Assembly: GCA_051530055.1 (NCBI GenBank)
Contig: CM121341.1
Span: forward strand, 9,588,784-9,652,783
DNA from: Neoechinorhynchus agilis
Taxonomy: Eukaryota > Animalia > Acanthocephala
Direction of reading: 5' to 3'
DNA length: 64,000 nucleotides
The translations under genes and the position numbers were made by a program. Position 1 is the first letter of the stretch; every line of letters begins with the position of its first letter. Shown here piece after piece: positions 10,329 to 22,300 of the stretch. The notes under the pieces were generated by a model. That model searched no databases. It was not told where the DNA came from and worked only from the letters and a program-made list of their open reading frames with translations.

Positions 10329-13300
10329 ATGTTTGATAGGCTCTACAGATTATTATCTCGTTCTCATTCTACGTCGGACATTACCCGCCTTCCCAACTGC
10401 CTCGAATCTTTAAAACAATACAACCAACGTTTGCAACAACACCTCATTGTGAGCGAATCCAACGTCCGTTACCTTATAGAAACTCTAAGAGGAGTATCAG
10501 AAGTGCTTATATGGGGCGATCAAAACGATAGTTCGGTATTTGAGTACTTTTTGGAGAAGCAAATGATCACTTATTTCCTTCGATACATAAAGCAAGCCAA
10601 TGGTCATCTTATTTGCGTTCAACTTCTTCAAACACTTAATATCCTATTCGAGAACATTGTAGATCCGAATTCTCTGTACTATTTGCTATCAAACAATCAT
10701 GTTAATCGGCTCATTGAACATCAATTCGATTTTGATACAGATGAAGTATCAGCTTATTACATCACGTTTCTAAAAATTCTCTCATTGCGGCTCAGCGAGG
10801 CAACGATCAGCTTCTTTTTTGACGAACACAAACAAATTTTGCCCCTTTACGAAAAAGCTGCTTCCTTCTTCGATAATCCTGATTCGATGATCCGTGTGAC
10901 TGCACGAACTGCAGTCCTCAAAATATTCCAGGTAAAAAATGAAAAACTTGTTGATTTTCTTGTTTCCGATAAAGTCAATCATCTCAAATCAATCTCAGGA
11001 AATATTACTAAACTTGCAACTAATTTGAGTAAGGTGACAAGTGGCACAGGTGAGCCCGCAAACTTTGAAGAATTAATGTATTCGTATACAGAGATTTTGC
11101 ATTAGAACATGAATTGGCAAATTTTCAAAATTGGCGGTCGATTCTTTGAAAGCATTTTACTGCTACTAATTCAGGCCTCTCCTTTAAAATTACAAAATAT
11201 AAGTATTTTATTGAATTGAAAGAATGAATCATTTTTTTCAAATGTTCAACTATGGTTATTTTAAGCCATAATTCCATTCATGCCACCGCCTTTCTGAATC
11301 ACTCAGCTGCCTTCCTGGTGTAACGGTCGAAAGGACGGATGCAGCGTTCCCTCGTTGCAAAGTTAGACTTATGTTTTGAAGGAGGAATGCTCCTGATCTT
11401 CGGATTGCCAGTGATTCGTCTCTATCTCTTAAAGAATTGCTTGACCAAGTCCTGCGGTACCAAACGACCAGACTGTCTTGACGCCAAAGGGCTCGAAATA
11501 ATGATTTCGACTAAGGGCCCTGTATTTTGTACTTTTTGCGGTACTCAGCGGCGGTTGCTGCTCCTCTGGTTTAATAGTGGCGAATTTTATGTTGCTGGCT
11601 GCGAATGTGGCGTCCCAGAAAAGACATTTGCCTCCCCTCGCCATGGGAATACTATGATACCGCCTGGTCTACGGCGGCCATCAAGTCGGCAAAGATCGCT
11701 CGGCTCTAGGAGGTTGGACTCATTCACATTAATTAAGAAATATTTCGAAAGAAGAAACCTCACCACAATTCTAGGTTTTCTCTAAATAATTCCACAAATT
11801 CGCACGTTAAAAATGCTCACGAATCTTGGATTTTTACAGACAAAAAATGGACTTGCTTATCAATTGCCCTCGAATCCTACAGACAACTTGTGGAACTTAG
11901 CTAACAGAATTCATCGTCCGTCCAAAGTGTCCATCAAATTAAGACAATAAAATAACTTTATTGTTACTTTGTAGATAAGTTTTCTTACAGATCTGAACTA
12001 AAACGCCCTTTAAAGTTCGCAAACGAAATGTTAACCTCAGTCAAGCTGATTAGTACAAATTTTCAGCCAGAAATTAGTTTTCGTCTCGTTTTTTGCTCGG
12101 TGAGATTTACTTCCGATATTTTACGTTGAATAATTTTGACTTTAGTGAATTTAAATCCGGGCAGGTTGGCAAAACTGCCAAACGAAAGCCTTTTTTCTCG
12201 CGAAGATACTACTTTTAGAAGTGTTTTAACAATGAACGCAAAAAGTTTCAAAAAAAGACTTTGAGAAACAGAGAATTACGTGGTACTTTAGTGGTGGTGG
12301 TTGAACAAATTTCCAATTCAAAGATTGAAATGTTTAAGAAATTAAACTCTGATTGATTTCTGAGGCACAATCTTGTACGCGTTTATCAGAAGGTTGCTTT
12401 TAAATTTTTAAATATGTGAAAAAACCAAATCCTAAATTGTAGAAACTGACACTGCATTCGTTCTATGGACCTTTAGGCTCAGCGATGGATGTTTTTCGAA
12501 CTCTTTTTTAGTTAGAAAAAGCTGAAAATTCATAACAATTTTCGATTTGTCAATTCGAGTAAACATCGATGATCTTCTCCGTCACAGCACTCCACGTCTT
12601 CGACAACACATAAGCGATGAATTACTCGAAAATCCAATCCGATCGCCTTTGGTACGTTCGTTCACCGGTCGGTACCATCGGAGCTCAAAAGTGAAGCGGT
12701 TAGACCGATCCGTGAGTGCGATGATGTTAACGGAGTTTTTACGAATAGTTGGACACTTTGAAGCCGGTCAGATTTTCGTTTTGTATGAAGATCAGATGAT
12801 GTCAGACGGGATGAAACGATCCGTGAATCGGACAGATGACGAGAAGTATCGTCGATCGGTATCTGAAGCTCAATTGGAATTAGCAGAGCAGATTGTGAAA
12901 CAAAGTGGTGATCGATTAGTTCTCCACCGTCTCTTATTTCTCCGTCAGCTCTCCAATAGGTACGTGAATGCATCTGAAACACTCGGGAACTCCTGTCTCT
13001 ATCTCTTTTCCCTTTGTGCGAGTTCATTTGATCACGTTCGTTTAGTGAGTGTTTACGCTTCTTGTCAGATTCTACAAGAACTCGCAGATCGAAACGACTT
13101 TTGGTCTCTATTGGATACTCGATGCCTCATAAAAGCCAAAGAAGTATCATTTGATAGATTAAAAACGTTGATCGCGTCCGACGTGACCGATGAGAGTCTT
13201 TTGGATCTCTTTGAATCCGAATACGAGTCGCATACGTCTCGTGTACTAAATCTAGAAACCTTTCATCAATCGGAATATATTCTTTTAAAGTCTTTTCGCA

Positions 13301-13969
13301 ATAATCAATCGTTCAGTTTTAATTCTGATGACTTCATAGCAAATCAGGTGATCAGAAGTGTAGGCTTTAGAAAATCATCTGATTAGGTTACACCAATATC
13401 CACAATGTAAGTCCGATCGATTCCGATACGCTCTATGTACGTTTTTTGCCATTAGAAAAGTATACTTTTCTTTTTTGAATATAGAAGATCCCGATTTACC
13501 ATTACGAGGACGTGAAGATCGCAAGCAAGTTCTTGAATCGATTGATCTTACAAATTGTGATATTGTAGGATGTCGAGTTGTTATCGATGATGATCACATT
13601 GATAAATCTGATCGCTTTGTACTCACAAACTTTAGTCAGCTTATTCTTATTGAACCTGAATATCGTCGAATCGGATTCGGTTCAGTTGTGTTCGCACTTG
13701 AGCTCAGTAATCTATCAATCGATAATGACATAAATGATTCTTGTCGGCTTATTGTGAAATTTGAAAAGTTTAAAGACGCAAGACTAAAATCCAGTCTAGC
13801 AAATGCGGCTATGAAAGGAACCATGGTTTTGAAATTCCTTGATAGGATTCGATGTTTGATTGCAACTGGAAACATCAGAAGTCGAATGGCACAGTTTAAA
13901 CTCATTCGGTACCAAAGACTTCGTAACTTATTCGACCTCACTACTTTGTCTTCGTCGACCAATAAATAA
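10329..13969 (+). CDS. CLEC16A: CLEC16A (GOP-1/Ema) homolog; predicted exons ~10329-11050, ~12570-13360, ~13485-13969
   Basis: FPL domain IETLRGVSEVLIWGDQNDSSVFEYFLEKQM. C-terminal domain IDLTNCDIVGC...LILIEPEYRRIGFGSVVF...FLDRIRCLIA. Phase-1 donor ACAG|GTGAG at 11050. Internal exon boundaries are approximate. Confidence 0.9.
11281..11722 (-). mobile_element. 5'-truncated CRE-clade fragment inside CLEC16A intron 1, antisense to the gene
   Basis: Minus-strand GGKCLFWDATF...KYRALSRNHYFEPFGVKT; same subfamily as 4036-4400 and 21125-21379. Confidence 0.9.
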
Positions 13970-15108
13970 TTTGCAAGTAGATGACACTTTACAGTGAAGA
14001 CGGCGGTTCCTTCTCCTGTGCTGCTATCACAATGCTGTTATTGTAGGAAACAAAACGCGATCGGAGAAAAATTGACGGGTAAATAGTCTTGAATTTTTTT
14101 ACGCTGAGTGACACTCCTTTCCAAAAGGCAGACAAGTTTTAATCCTTTTGTGGTGATCATGTAAGGATGTTATTTATTTCTATTGTTTTTGGCTCCTTTT
14201 TTGTAGTTTTTCCAAATTCACCGATGATTTGTTTCTGACATTTCTCCAAGATTTGTAGCGTTATCCCGTGGACTGGTTATTATCGGGCAACATGTTCATC
14301 AAATCCCTGGACTCTCTGGCAATTTCAAACTGATACGTTGGCTTTATTTTGATCCATCAGTTGAGCTGATTATTTCGATAACTTCTATTATCAAACGATT
14401 TCGTAAATATGATTTTATACGCCAATCACACATTCGCGATGCATAAAAATCAATTTCGATGTCCACAATTCGCCTTTTAATAACCAAACAAACTGATGAT
14501 TAGCCCACTGCTGAACCAAAAAGGAATTTTGACATTATGGAATGCCTGGGCGATCACAAGCCTGGTCTTTTATTCACGGGGACGTCCGCCTGAACAACGG
14601 GCCAAGTTCTAAAGCTCTTTCCTTATTGCTGGCCGACAGAAGCAATTCTTGGATTGGACATTAAACGGAGCCAAAGCTAATCAATAAAACAACTAATTAT
14701 GCAGAACTATACCACATCCTTTCATGTCGAATAAATCTCTCTCAGAACTGATGATGAACTTGACGAGGTTCATCATAGAACGTCTTTAATAAACTATTTA
14801 CAGCTGATGAAGACTTCTAAACAACAATTCTTCTAATCATATAAAACGGTACCTCTATCTGTGTTGAACGATAATGTTTTTGTTGTAAAGAAGTTGTTCA
14901 TGGATATATTCCTTGGTCATGTAGAAATTAATTTATTGATTCCCCTTTTGAAATAATACTTCGTAAGTCTCGTCGGATTTCTTTTGATTGCGAAAAAGAG
15001 AATCAATAAATTAATCTCTATATCGGTTTGCCAGTGAAACTTAAAAATATAGAACACGGCGCTATCCCTGAGCCGATGAACTGGCTGAGTTTGACATTTC
15101 GTAGTTGT

Positions 15109-15450
15109 GTCGAGGTGGTCAAGTGGACTAATGCCCGTGATCCCGATTAGGGGTCAAGTGGTTCGAATCCGTTACCACCAATGACGCACAGCCAAAGGGG
15201 ACGAAATACCGCTGAAGGGAGGAAACTCACTGATGAGTCCCGCCGCCTGGAGGTATCTGAGGATCCGGAGGAATGTACAAACTCTTAACCGTGCATTAGA
15301 GACTATGCGGTTATATCACTTCTCTGATGTAATTGGTTTGGCTTTATGCCTAAATAAATAAGCCGGGCAAGAAAGGGATTGACTAAAATTTAATGATTCA
15401 ATATGAGAAACCTCGGTGAATCCGTTTATAACTAACAAAAGTGATTTGTT
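15109..15450 (+). mobile_element. tRNA-derived Pol III SINE/retrozyme-like monomer containing a hammerhead ribozyme core
   Basis: A box TGGTCAAGTGG (15116) and perfect B box GGTTCGAATCC (15160) sit at tRNA spacing. Homology to the satellite unit continues to at least ~15375 (CTTCT..GATGTAA; AAATAAGCC...AAGAAA). The first T4+ run downstream is at ~15449. Confidence 0.75.
15197..15261 (+). ncRNA. Hammerhead ribozyme core in a non-canonical strand order
   Basis: GGGAC-GAAA-TACC (15198-15210) ... CTCA-CTGATGA-GTCCC (15226-15241) ... GGTAT-C-TGAG (15252-15261). Stem II 5 bp, stem III 5 bp and stem I 4 bp are all Watson-Crick. All core nucleotides are present, with an AUC cleavage triplet. Confidence 0.7.
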
Positions 15451-15908
15451 TTTAATATTTCGTCGTCTCTACACGTGGGATTTCTTCGCACTTGAACACA
15501 CTGACGAATAAAACAATTTCTCACCTTGTTTAAATCCTGGATTTCCGCTCGAATTTGACCGAGAGGTCCCGGGTATTTACCAATTAAACGCTTCTTCTGC
15601 CCTTGTTGAACCATGGCAATGTTCTTTGATCTATTACTTCTCCCTCTAATATCATCCTTGAATGTGAAGCCAACTGCTCATCTCAGCATCTGCATTTCAT
15701 TCGACTCTGATCGACTAATGTCTCTGTGGCATACAACATCGCCGGTTTCACTAGAATCTCGAATACTCCGATCCTTTTTCAGCTTTAATCGTTCGGATTT
15801 AGTGGCACTATTTTTAAATACGCGCTAATATTCCGAAAGAGTAAAGCAGTTAAAACACCGTCTCAAACGTGCAAACAACGTGTTGGTATCGTCTACGAAC
15901 ACATCAAA

Positions 15909-18618
15909 ATGTCATATTATTCGTTTCCTGCGGCTCCTGGGATGGTTCCGCCTCCTCCGATGACATCATCAAATCCGATGCAGCCTTATCCGTTGCTTTA
16001 TTCATCGGGTATAGTTGCATCGGCCCCTCCTACGGGGCCGACACTCCCGCCTCCTCCTCCGATTCCCGCAACCACGGTCTTCATCGGAAATATTTACGAG
16101 CGAGCTTCGGATTTGATGATCAAAACAATGCTTCAAAAATGTGGCCGAGTTATAAACTGGAAAAGAGTTCAAGGTGCTTCTGGAAAGCTACAGGCGTTTG
16201 GGTTTTGCGAGTACGAAGATCCGGAATCCACACTCAGGTGCATCCGTCTCCTAAATGGTTTTTTAATCGGTGATCAGAAACTTCTTGTTAAGGTCGATCA
16301 GAAGACGACTACGCTACTCAACGAATACCGAAGAGCTCGACTTAAAACTGACGGAACTAACGAGCTTGAGGAAGGGGAAGACGACGAGGATCTAACGGTT
16401 GTCAGTAACGCTATGAAGGCTGATGATGAAAAAATATTGGAGAGTTTGAAGAGTATACTTGTAAGCACGGCGGAAAAGAGGATTTGAGGGAGTGGGCCCA
16501 TTATTGAAAACTATTGGAGAAGGTTTCCACCGAAAAAAATTCAATCGTCCCAATATAAAGCGCTAAATGCAAAATTCTTTTTTTACGAATTTTCTTATTA
16601 TTATTCGTTATTGAAACACTTTTTATGAGTATTTTTGAGACTGTTCATTCAGTTTGTTCGAAATTCCCCTCCCCCCAACAAATTCGCGTTATTCTAAAGT
16701 GTGAATGTTAAAGATTACGAATAACCTCTTTTATTTAGCTTTGGATTTATTGTGGATACAAATTTACAATCTCCCTTTCTCAGTTATTCGGTAAGAGTTC
16801 CAATTCGAGTAAGTAATTATTTCTAGTACGTTCGTACGAGTTCTTAAAATTTTAAGTTTTATTGTGAACCCTCTTATCTGGCCAATAGAATATAATCGTG
16901 ATTTGTTTGTCAGGTCGACATCGCCTATCCATAGTGTTGATAAGCGTGATGGAGATGATGTGCCCGGAGATGGTTCCAAACTTGATGATGATGCCAATAG
17001 AATGGTTGCGCAATCCATTCGGCGATTCCGAGAGCAATTTAGGGATGATGATGATATTAGACGGGACGATAAGCGACGATCACCGGATCAAAGAAATGAA
17101 TCGAAAGCTGGACCTCCTAGGCGAACTTATCCTCAACAAAGGAGAAGTCTGCCCAGGCAGCGACGAACGCCGAGAGTGTCCGAAGAGCCAAAAGAGGAAG
17201 ATGAAGACGATGAAACGAGGGAGAGGAGAAGGCAAGAAAGGAAATTACAAGAACGGGAAGCTCATTATCAGGCACATCTCGATCGATGGCAACTTCGCGA
17301 ACAGCGGCGACAAGAGTATTACAGGCAGGAACGAGAACATGAGATAAATAGGCGAAGGGAACATGATCGATCGCGAAGGTGTTTTCTGAGGTATCTTGAC
17401 TCATATGATGACGAGAAAATGGATTCGAAATATTATGGAGGAAGTATGTTTACCAGGAAGTTTAAAGAACGACAACGCGAACTTAGCGAAGATGCCCGAG
17501 ATCGAAAGCGAGAACGAGAAGAGTTTGCCGTTTTGAGAAGAAAACACCAAATAAGCAATGACGACGGAGAGGATACTATACGAAACCGGAGTGACTTTGG
17601 ATCTGCAGAAACTATAATATTTTTTTAATCTATTTGGCAAAGTACTGAAAAAATTACTGATGTACCCAGTTTTAGGCTCAATATTCTATTATTTTTGTAT
17701 ACAATGTATTTCCATTAAAATTCTCACCTTTTTACCCAAAATCGCTGCCGGTTCATAATGGTGGACGAAGATGCCATTGTGAAGGAGATAAAGGACGAAG
17801 AAGATCGACTTATTCGCCTCGTCGAAGACATTATAAGTTCTCGCGATCGCCGTTCACAGTCATCGTCATCGTCATCTGCTTCAGAAATTGAAAACGGCAC
17901 TGCGGATGAACACATAAGTGCATTTACATCCGAACCGATAAAGCGGAAATCGCCACCTCCTGCTCGTTTAATAATCAACAACCCGGAATCCCTGAAAGTC
18001 CCACTGGTCGTCCCGTCCGTATCGGGCATTCATCCTCATTCCCTAGCTTCCACAGTTTCTGGACCTTCCGAACCTTTGCCTACCAGTCAAAACGTCACTC
18101 TGAATCCCGTAAAAGTTAACATTAAGCCGAAGAGCATTCAGCAGGTCAATCAGGCGTTTTTGGACGACGACGATGACATGGGTGATAATCATCACTCGAC
18201 TAGTACAAGGGATACCAATGAACGCCGTCTGATTCCAATGGAGAAACGACCACTTATTCTAACGAGTCTTCCTACAAACGCAGATGAGCGTAAACAAGCC
18301 ATAAAGAAGATTATTGAGTTCATTCCAAGTGATACGGATAAACTGTATGCGTATCCAGTTGATTGGGACATGGTTGATGATGATCTAATGCAAGGCCGTA
18401 TACAACCATGGATTGAAAAAAAGATTGTGGAGTATATTGGAGAAGAAGAAAAAACACTGGTTGAATTTATAAGTCAAAAGATTCTTAGGCATTCCGCACC
18501 AACTGATATTTTATCTGATGTGCGAATGGTACTTGACGATGAAGCCGACGTTTTTTTAGTCAAATTGTGGCGGTTACTTATTTACGAGACTGAGGCAAGG
18601 CGGAATGGACTTGCGTGA
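15909..18618 (+). CDS. RBM25: RNA-binding protein 25 (RRM, Arg/Glu-rich region, PWI); about 3 exons (~15909-16460, ~16890-17590, ~17771-18618)
   Basis: RRM TTVFIGNIYERASD...WKRVQGASGKLQAFGFCEY; PWI IQPWIEKKIVEYIGEEEKTLVEFI...VFLVKLWRLLIYETEA. Splice sites are uncertain. Confidence 0.93.
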
Positions 18619-18908
18619 GCATGCAATAAAGACGTAGTGGAACGCACTCTCTCAATTAGAAATATATTCATCTTTTTCTGTAATTACCATTCTTTAACTG
18701 ATGGCAAAAGCTTTTCGTTTATACATTACTAACTAATCGAAAGGCTTTTCTCTTACACAAAACGCCAGTGGCAAGTTTTTATTTTTGATCTTATTTGTGT
18801 TTGGGAACGTATGCTATCGAATATGTTCGTTTTTAACAAGTCTATCCACATTGCGTTTTATTTATCTTGAATCGCATACACTCGTGGCATCACTGCATAC
18901 AGTTTTGG

Positions 18909-19396
18909 GAGCCTCTCGGTTAACTCACGTACTTCGGATGCGCTCAGCCGCACTCGAAGGGACAAAGCCAACCCTCTTATGGGGCCAATGGGCGATCTCA
19001 AAACCTGACCCCTAACCTTCCAGTAGCCTCGCAACCTCCGTGGAACTCAGCGACCGGTGGTGTTGAACCATCGACCCATTGAGCGCATTTTGAACGCGCA
19101 CCTTTGAGTGATGATGTGTTTTAATATGCGTTTTCGTATATATCCATAATATCGCTCCTGTATGCTGGTGTTCGTTTACTTGCTCGATACTGCGCCCGAG
19201 TGGTTTGCGCGTTCAAAATGCGCTTAATTGGTCGATGGTTCAAGTCCACTGGTCGCTGAGTTCCACGGAGGTTGCGAAGCTACTGGAAGGGAGGGGGTCA
19301 GGTTTTAGATCGCCCATTGGCCCCAGAAGAGGGTTGGCCCTGTCCCTTCGAGTGCGGCTGAGCGCATCCGAAGTGTGCGAGTTAACCGAGAGGCTC
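18909..19396. mobile_element. Fold-back/MITE-like element with ~190-bp inverted arms and a ~100-bp spacer
   Basis: 18909-~19101 (GAGCCTCTCGGTTAACTC...TTTTGAACGCGCA) is the reverse complement of ~19205-19396 with scattered mismatches. Degenerate pairing extends to ~18855 and ~19490. Confidence 0.85.
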
Positions 19397-20221
19397 GCAA
19401 AGGAATATAGCCGAGATGCTCAAAAGAAGATGTCATAAGACCCTTAGTGTATGCGAACTAAAACTGTTTGAAGCTATGTGATAAATAAATACTGCGTTTG
19501 TTAACTTTTGCGTATAATTGTTGATTTCATTTATGACCGGTGGTGTGTTCGTCCAGTCGTGTTGAATTCTGCCCCTTATATACGGCCGTTTTTGATCACA
19601 ACTGAACTCAAAAGCTGTTGGTATTCATGAGTTTTCGTATGTATACACACGATTATTGTATTTTTGACCTGTCGTTAAAAATCATTTTATTCTTCTAAAA
19701 TATTTCGAAAGAGGAAACATCGCCTTCTCAATCATTGTTTGCAAGTGTTTACGACGTCCTCGTTCGAAATATTGTCAATTGCTTGTAAGTTTTTTCAACT
19801 CTTAATGAGCTCGCAAACAATTGATTGAAGAAGGCCAACGAAAAGACCGACAATTTTCAATATAAATCTATTTTTCTGAATCATTAATCGCTAATTGAAA
19901 CTGAAACTATTTCGAGAAAACAATAAAATGATTTTTAACCGGGTGATTATGTTCACCACAAATCAAAATTTAACATCCCGATGGGTTTACTCTCTCGATA
20001 TGATTAATAATTGTATTCGTTGGCGTGCATGAGAGATATTCGCATGTTTGGCTTATTCGTATCAGTTTTCATATATTCATGTGTTGATGTATTTATTTGT
20101 GTGATATTTATCATTTGCGTACATGTTCATGAAACGCATACTTACCATTGAATGTATAAGTGATGGTGTTCATATTCGAGTAAGCGTTCTGGTTATTAGC
20201 TATTGCAAGAAAACCTGACTT

Positions 20222-20854
20222 TCCAAGAAAACCATAAATGGGATGCCCACATTTCATTTACCCTCTCAAAAACAAACCCTCGTCTTTACCTTCTCAAACT
20301 CCTCCGGCGTCTCGGCGTATCCGTTAAACACCGCGCCCACTTTTATCTCCCTGCCATCCTTCCTATCCTTACGTACGCTTTCCCCGCTTTCCTCTCCTTC
20401 TCCGTAAATGCTCTCCATTCCCTCGAAATCTTCCACAAGAGAGCAGCGAGAATATGCGGGACTTCACTCCCTTCCCTCGACGCCCACCTCCACTCCATTT
20501 TCTCCAAAAACGCCATCCGTCTCCTTCAACCCCCTCCACAATTTTCTTCCTCCATCTCTAAATACTCTTCCTTCGTAAACACCCGTAACCCAAACCTTTT
20601 TCATCCCCCTCGCTCGTACCACCCTCCACCAAAAATCATTCTTCCCCCAAACCCAATCTTTCTTTAATAACCGGAGAACAAGGAAAGATTCATAATCGAT
20701 CATCTCCTGTACAAAGCCTCCGATCCCACATTAAAACCCCCTTCAAAAAACAGTCCCACCTCCCATGCTTTCAACATCCGCCGTCCAGACACCTTCAGCA
20801 AAGATAGATGCTGACAAGTGTGTGGATCGTGTTTTTCTTACATTAATAAAACGT
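20222..20854 (+). mobile_element. 5'-truncated 3' end of the L2/CR1-group LINE at 50744-53500
   Basis: QENHKWDAHISFTLSKTNPRLYLLKLLR...; near-identical to the reverse complement of 50744-51374, and both end at AATAAAACGT. Confidence 0.92.
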
Positions 20855-21124
20855 GTTTATATGTTCGAATACAGTTACGCTCGTGTTTGTGTATTCGTGC
20901 GTTCGCGTAATCATGATTCACACACTTGCGTTTTCCTATTTCACTTATCGCCAACGGTTCGTGTTCATGGTACACTTCCGTTTTTGATCAAGTATTTGTT
21001 CGTTTATGTATGTGATGTATAGGTTAGAATATAATGGTTACACGTTTATTTTTTTAATTAACAAGGTTTTTTTCGCGCATGTTGATGTTTAATTTGGCAC
21101 TTTTTCAGGCATGAAATCATTCCT

Positions 21125-21379
21125 ATCACCGCCCTTCTGGATCACTCAGCTGGCGTCCTGCTGTAATGGTCCAAAATGACAAACACTCTCGACGCCAAAG
21201 GGAACGAAATAATGGTTTCGACTAAGGTCCCTGTATTTTGTCCTTTTGCGGTACTCAGCGGCGGTTGCTGCTCCTCCTCCTCTGGTATAATAGTGACGAA
21301 TTCTATGTTGCCGGTTGCGAACGTGGCGTCCCCGAGAAGGCATTTGCCTCCAATCGCCGCAGGAACAAAGAATATGACT
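21125..21379 (-). mobile_element. Internally deleted CRE-clade RLE fragment
   Basis: Minus-strand GGAATAAEYRKRTKYRDLSRNHYFVPFGVES; ends in the same CAGCTGAGTGATCCAGAA motif as the copies at ~4390 and ~11300. Confidence 0.85.
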
Positions 21380-21988
21380 CATGTACCTTTGGGTCCTCAT
21401 AAGCACTCAAGTTCAGAATTGTTCAAAGAATGCGGATGTTGATTGTTGGGTAAAATACTGTTTTAGTCAGGTTGGGAGGTCCGCTTGGGTGGGAATATCC
21501 CGTCGGGCTGGAAGGTCCGTTCTGGTCGGGAAGTTGGTGGTTCTTGTTTACAAGAGAGCTTGTGAGGTTGGTCTTTCCTCAGAATCATTTCAAGTTCTGA
21601 TATCCGAGAGAATATTGGAATTGATGTATAATTTTTGTGTATGTGTTTTCGTTCGTGTGCGTATCCATGACATGAATACTACCGTTTGTGTGTGTGCGCA
21701 TTTAATTGTTCATTCGTGAACGAACATTTTTCCTCGATTTGTGCGTGTACATCTTCGTGTGTATGTATGCGCGCGTTTGATTTTTGAAATGTACGTTTCA
21801 TCATTCGTTCATTTGACGGTATGTTAAAAAAGTTTTTCTCGGTTGTTACTATTTAACATAACTAATCCAATGACCGTATTGACAGATCAGAAGTGAAACT
21901 CTTTTGGGCGCATCACAGGAGATTAGAGTTTTCGATTAATTTTGATATTCTTTAGCTTAATATTTCTTGTTGAAAAGATAATTCATTG

Positions 21989-22300
21989 TTATTTGTCGAT
22001 AGGAGAAAGTTCGCAACACGGATATTAGTTCCGCGGTGGTGGCCCATGCAAAAAACACAGGGCACACTATTGATTTTAGTGCCGCTACAACACTAGTTTG
22101 CAATGGTCGGCGATTCGAACGTATTATCAAGGCTCGAAACGTTCGAGGGCAATAAGCCTGATTTCAAATTAAGGATCCGACTCCCACCGGATGTTATGTG
22201 ACGCGTGAATTGAGAATCCCTGTGTTTTAGATCGCTGAAGAAGATCCGAGATAGTGGATCGAAATCTTAATTTCATTTATTTTCTCCTATCGACAAATAA
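21989..22300. mobile_element. 312-bp MITE-like element with perfect 20-bp inverted repeats
   Basis: TTATTTGTCGATAGGAGAAA (21989-22008) / TTTCTCCTATCGACAAATAA (22281-22300). No clear target-site duplication. Confidence 0.55.

Noticed and set aside
15109-15180. Functional tRNA gene
   Set aside because: A and B boxes and a weak T-arm are present, but the acceptor and anticodon stems do not pair properly. It is better read as a tRNA-derived head.
17590-17771. Non-canonical (AT-AC/U12-like) intron in RBM25
   Set aside because: The pyrimidine tract at ~17721-17737 has no adjacent AG, but an in-phase GT(17591)-AG(17770) solution exists and the U12 signals match poorly. RNA data are needed.
16764-18029. 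Antisense and alternative-frame ORFs over RBM25 (and similar shadow ORFs over perlecan and CRE)
   Set aside because: They are shadows of low-complexity or long coding sequence with no independent family signal.
19690-20010. Recurrent AAATATTTCGAAAGAGGAAAC repeat (also ~7300 and ~11735) as a Tc1/mariner remnant or CRE target
   Set aside because: The repeat is real, but it is too decayed to assign, and adjacency to CRE copies is inconsistent.
20850-21830. GT-rich tracts as coding or telomere-like repeats
   Set aside because: Irregular low-complexity sequence with no fixed period; the ORFs are compositional artefacts.
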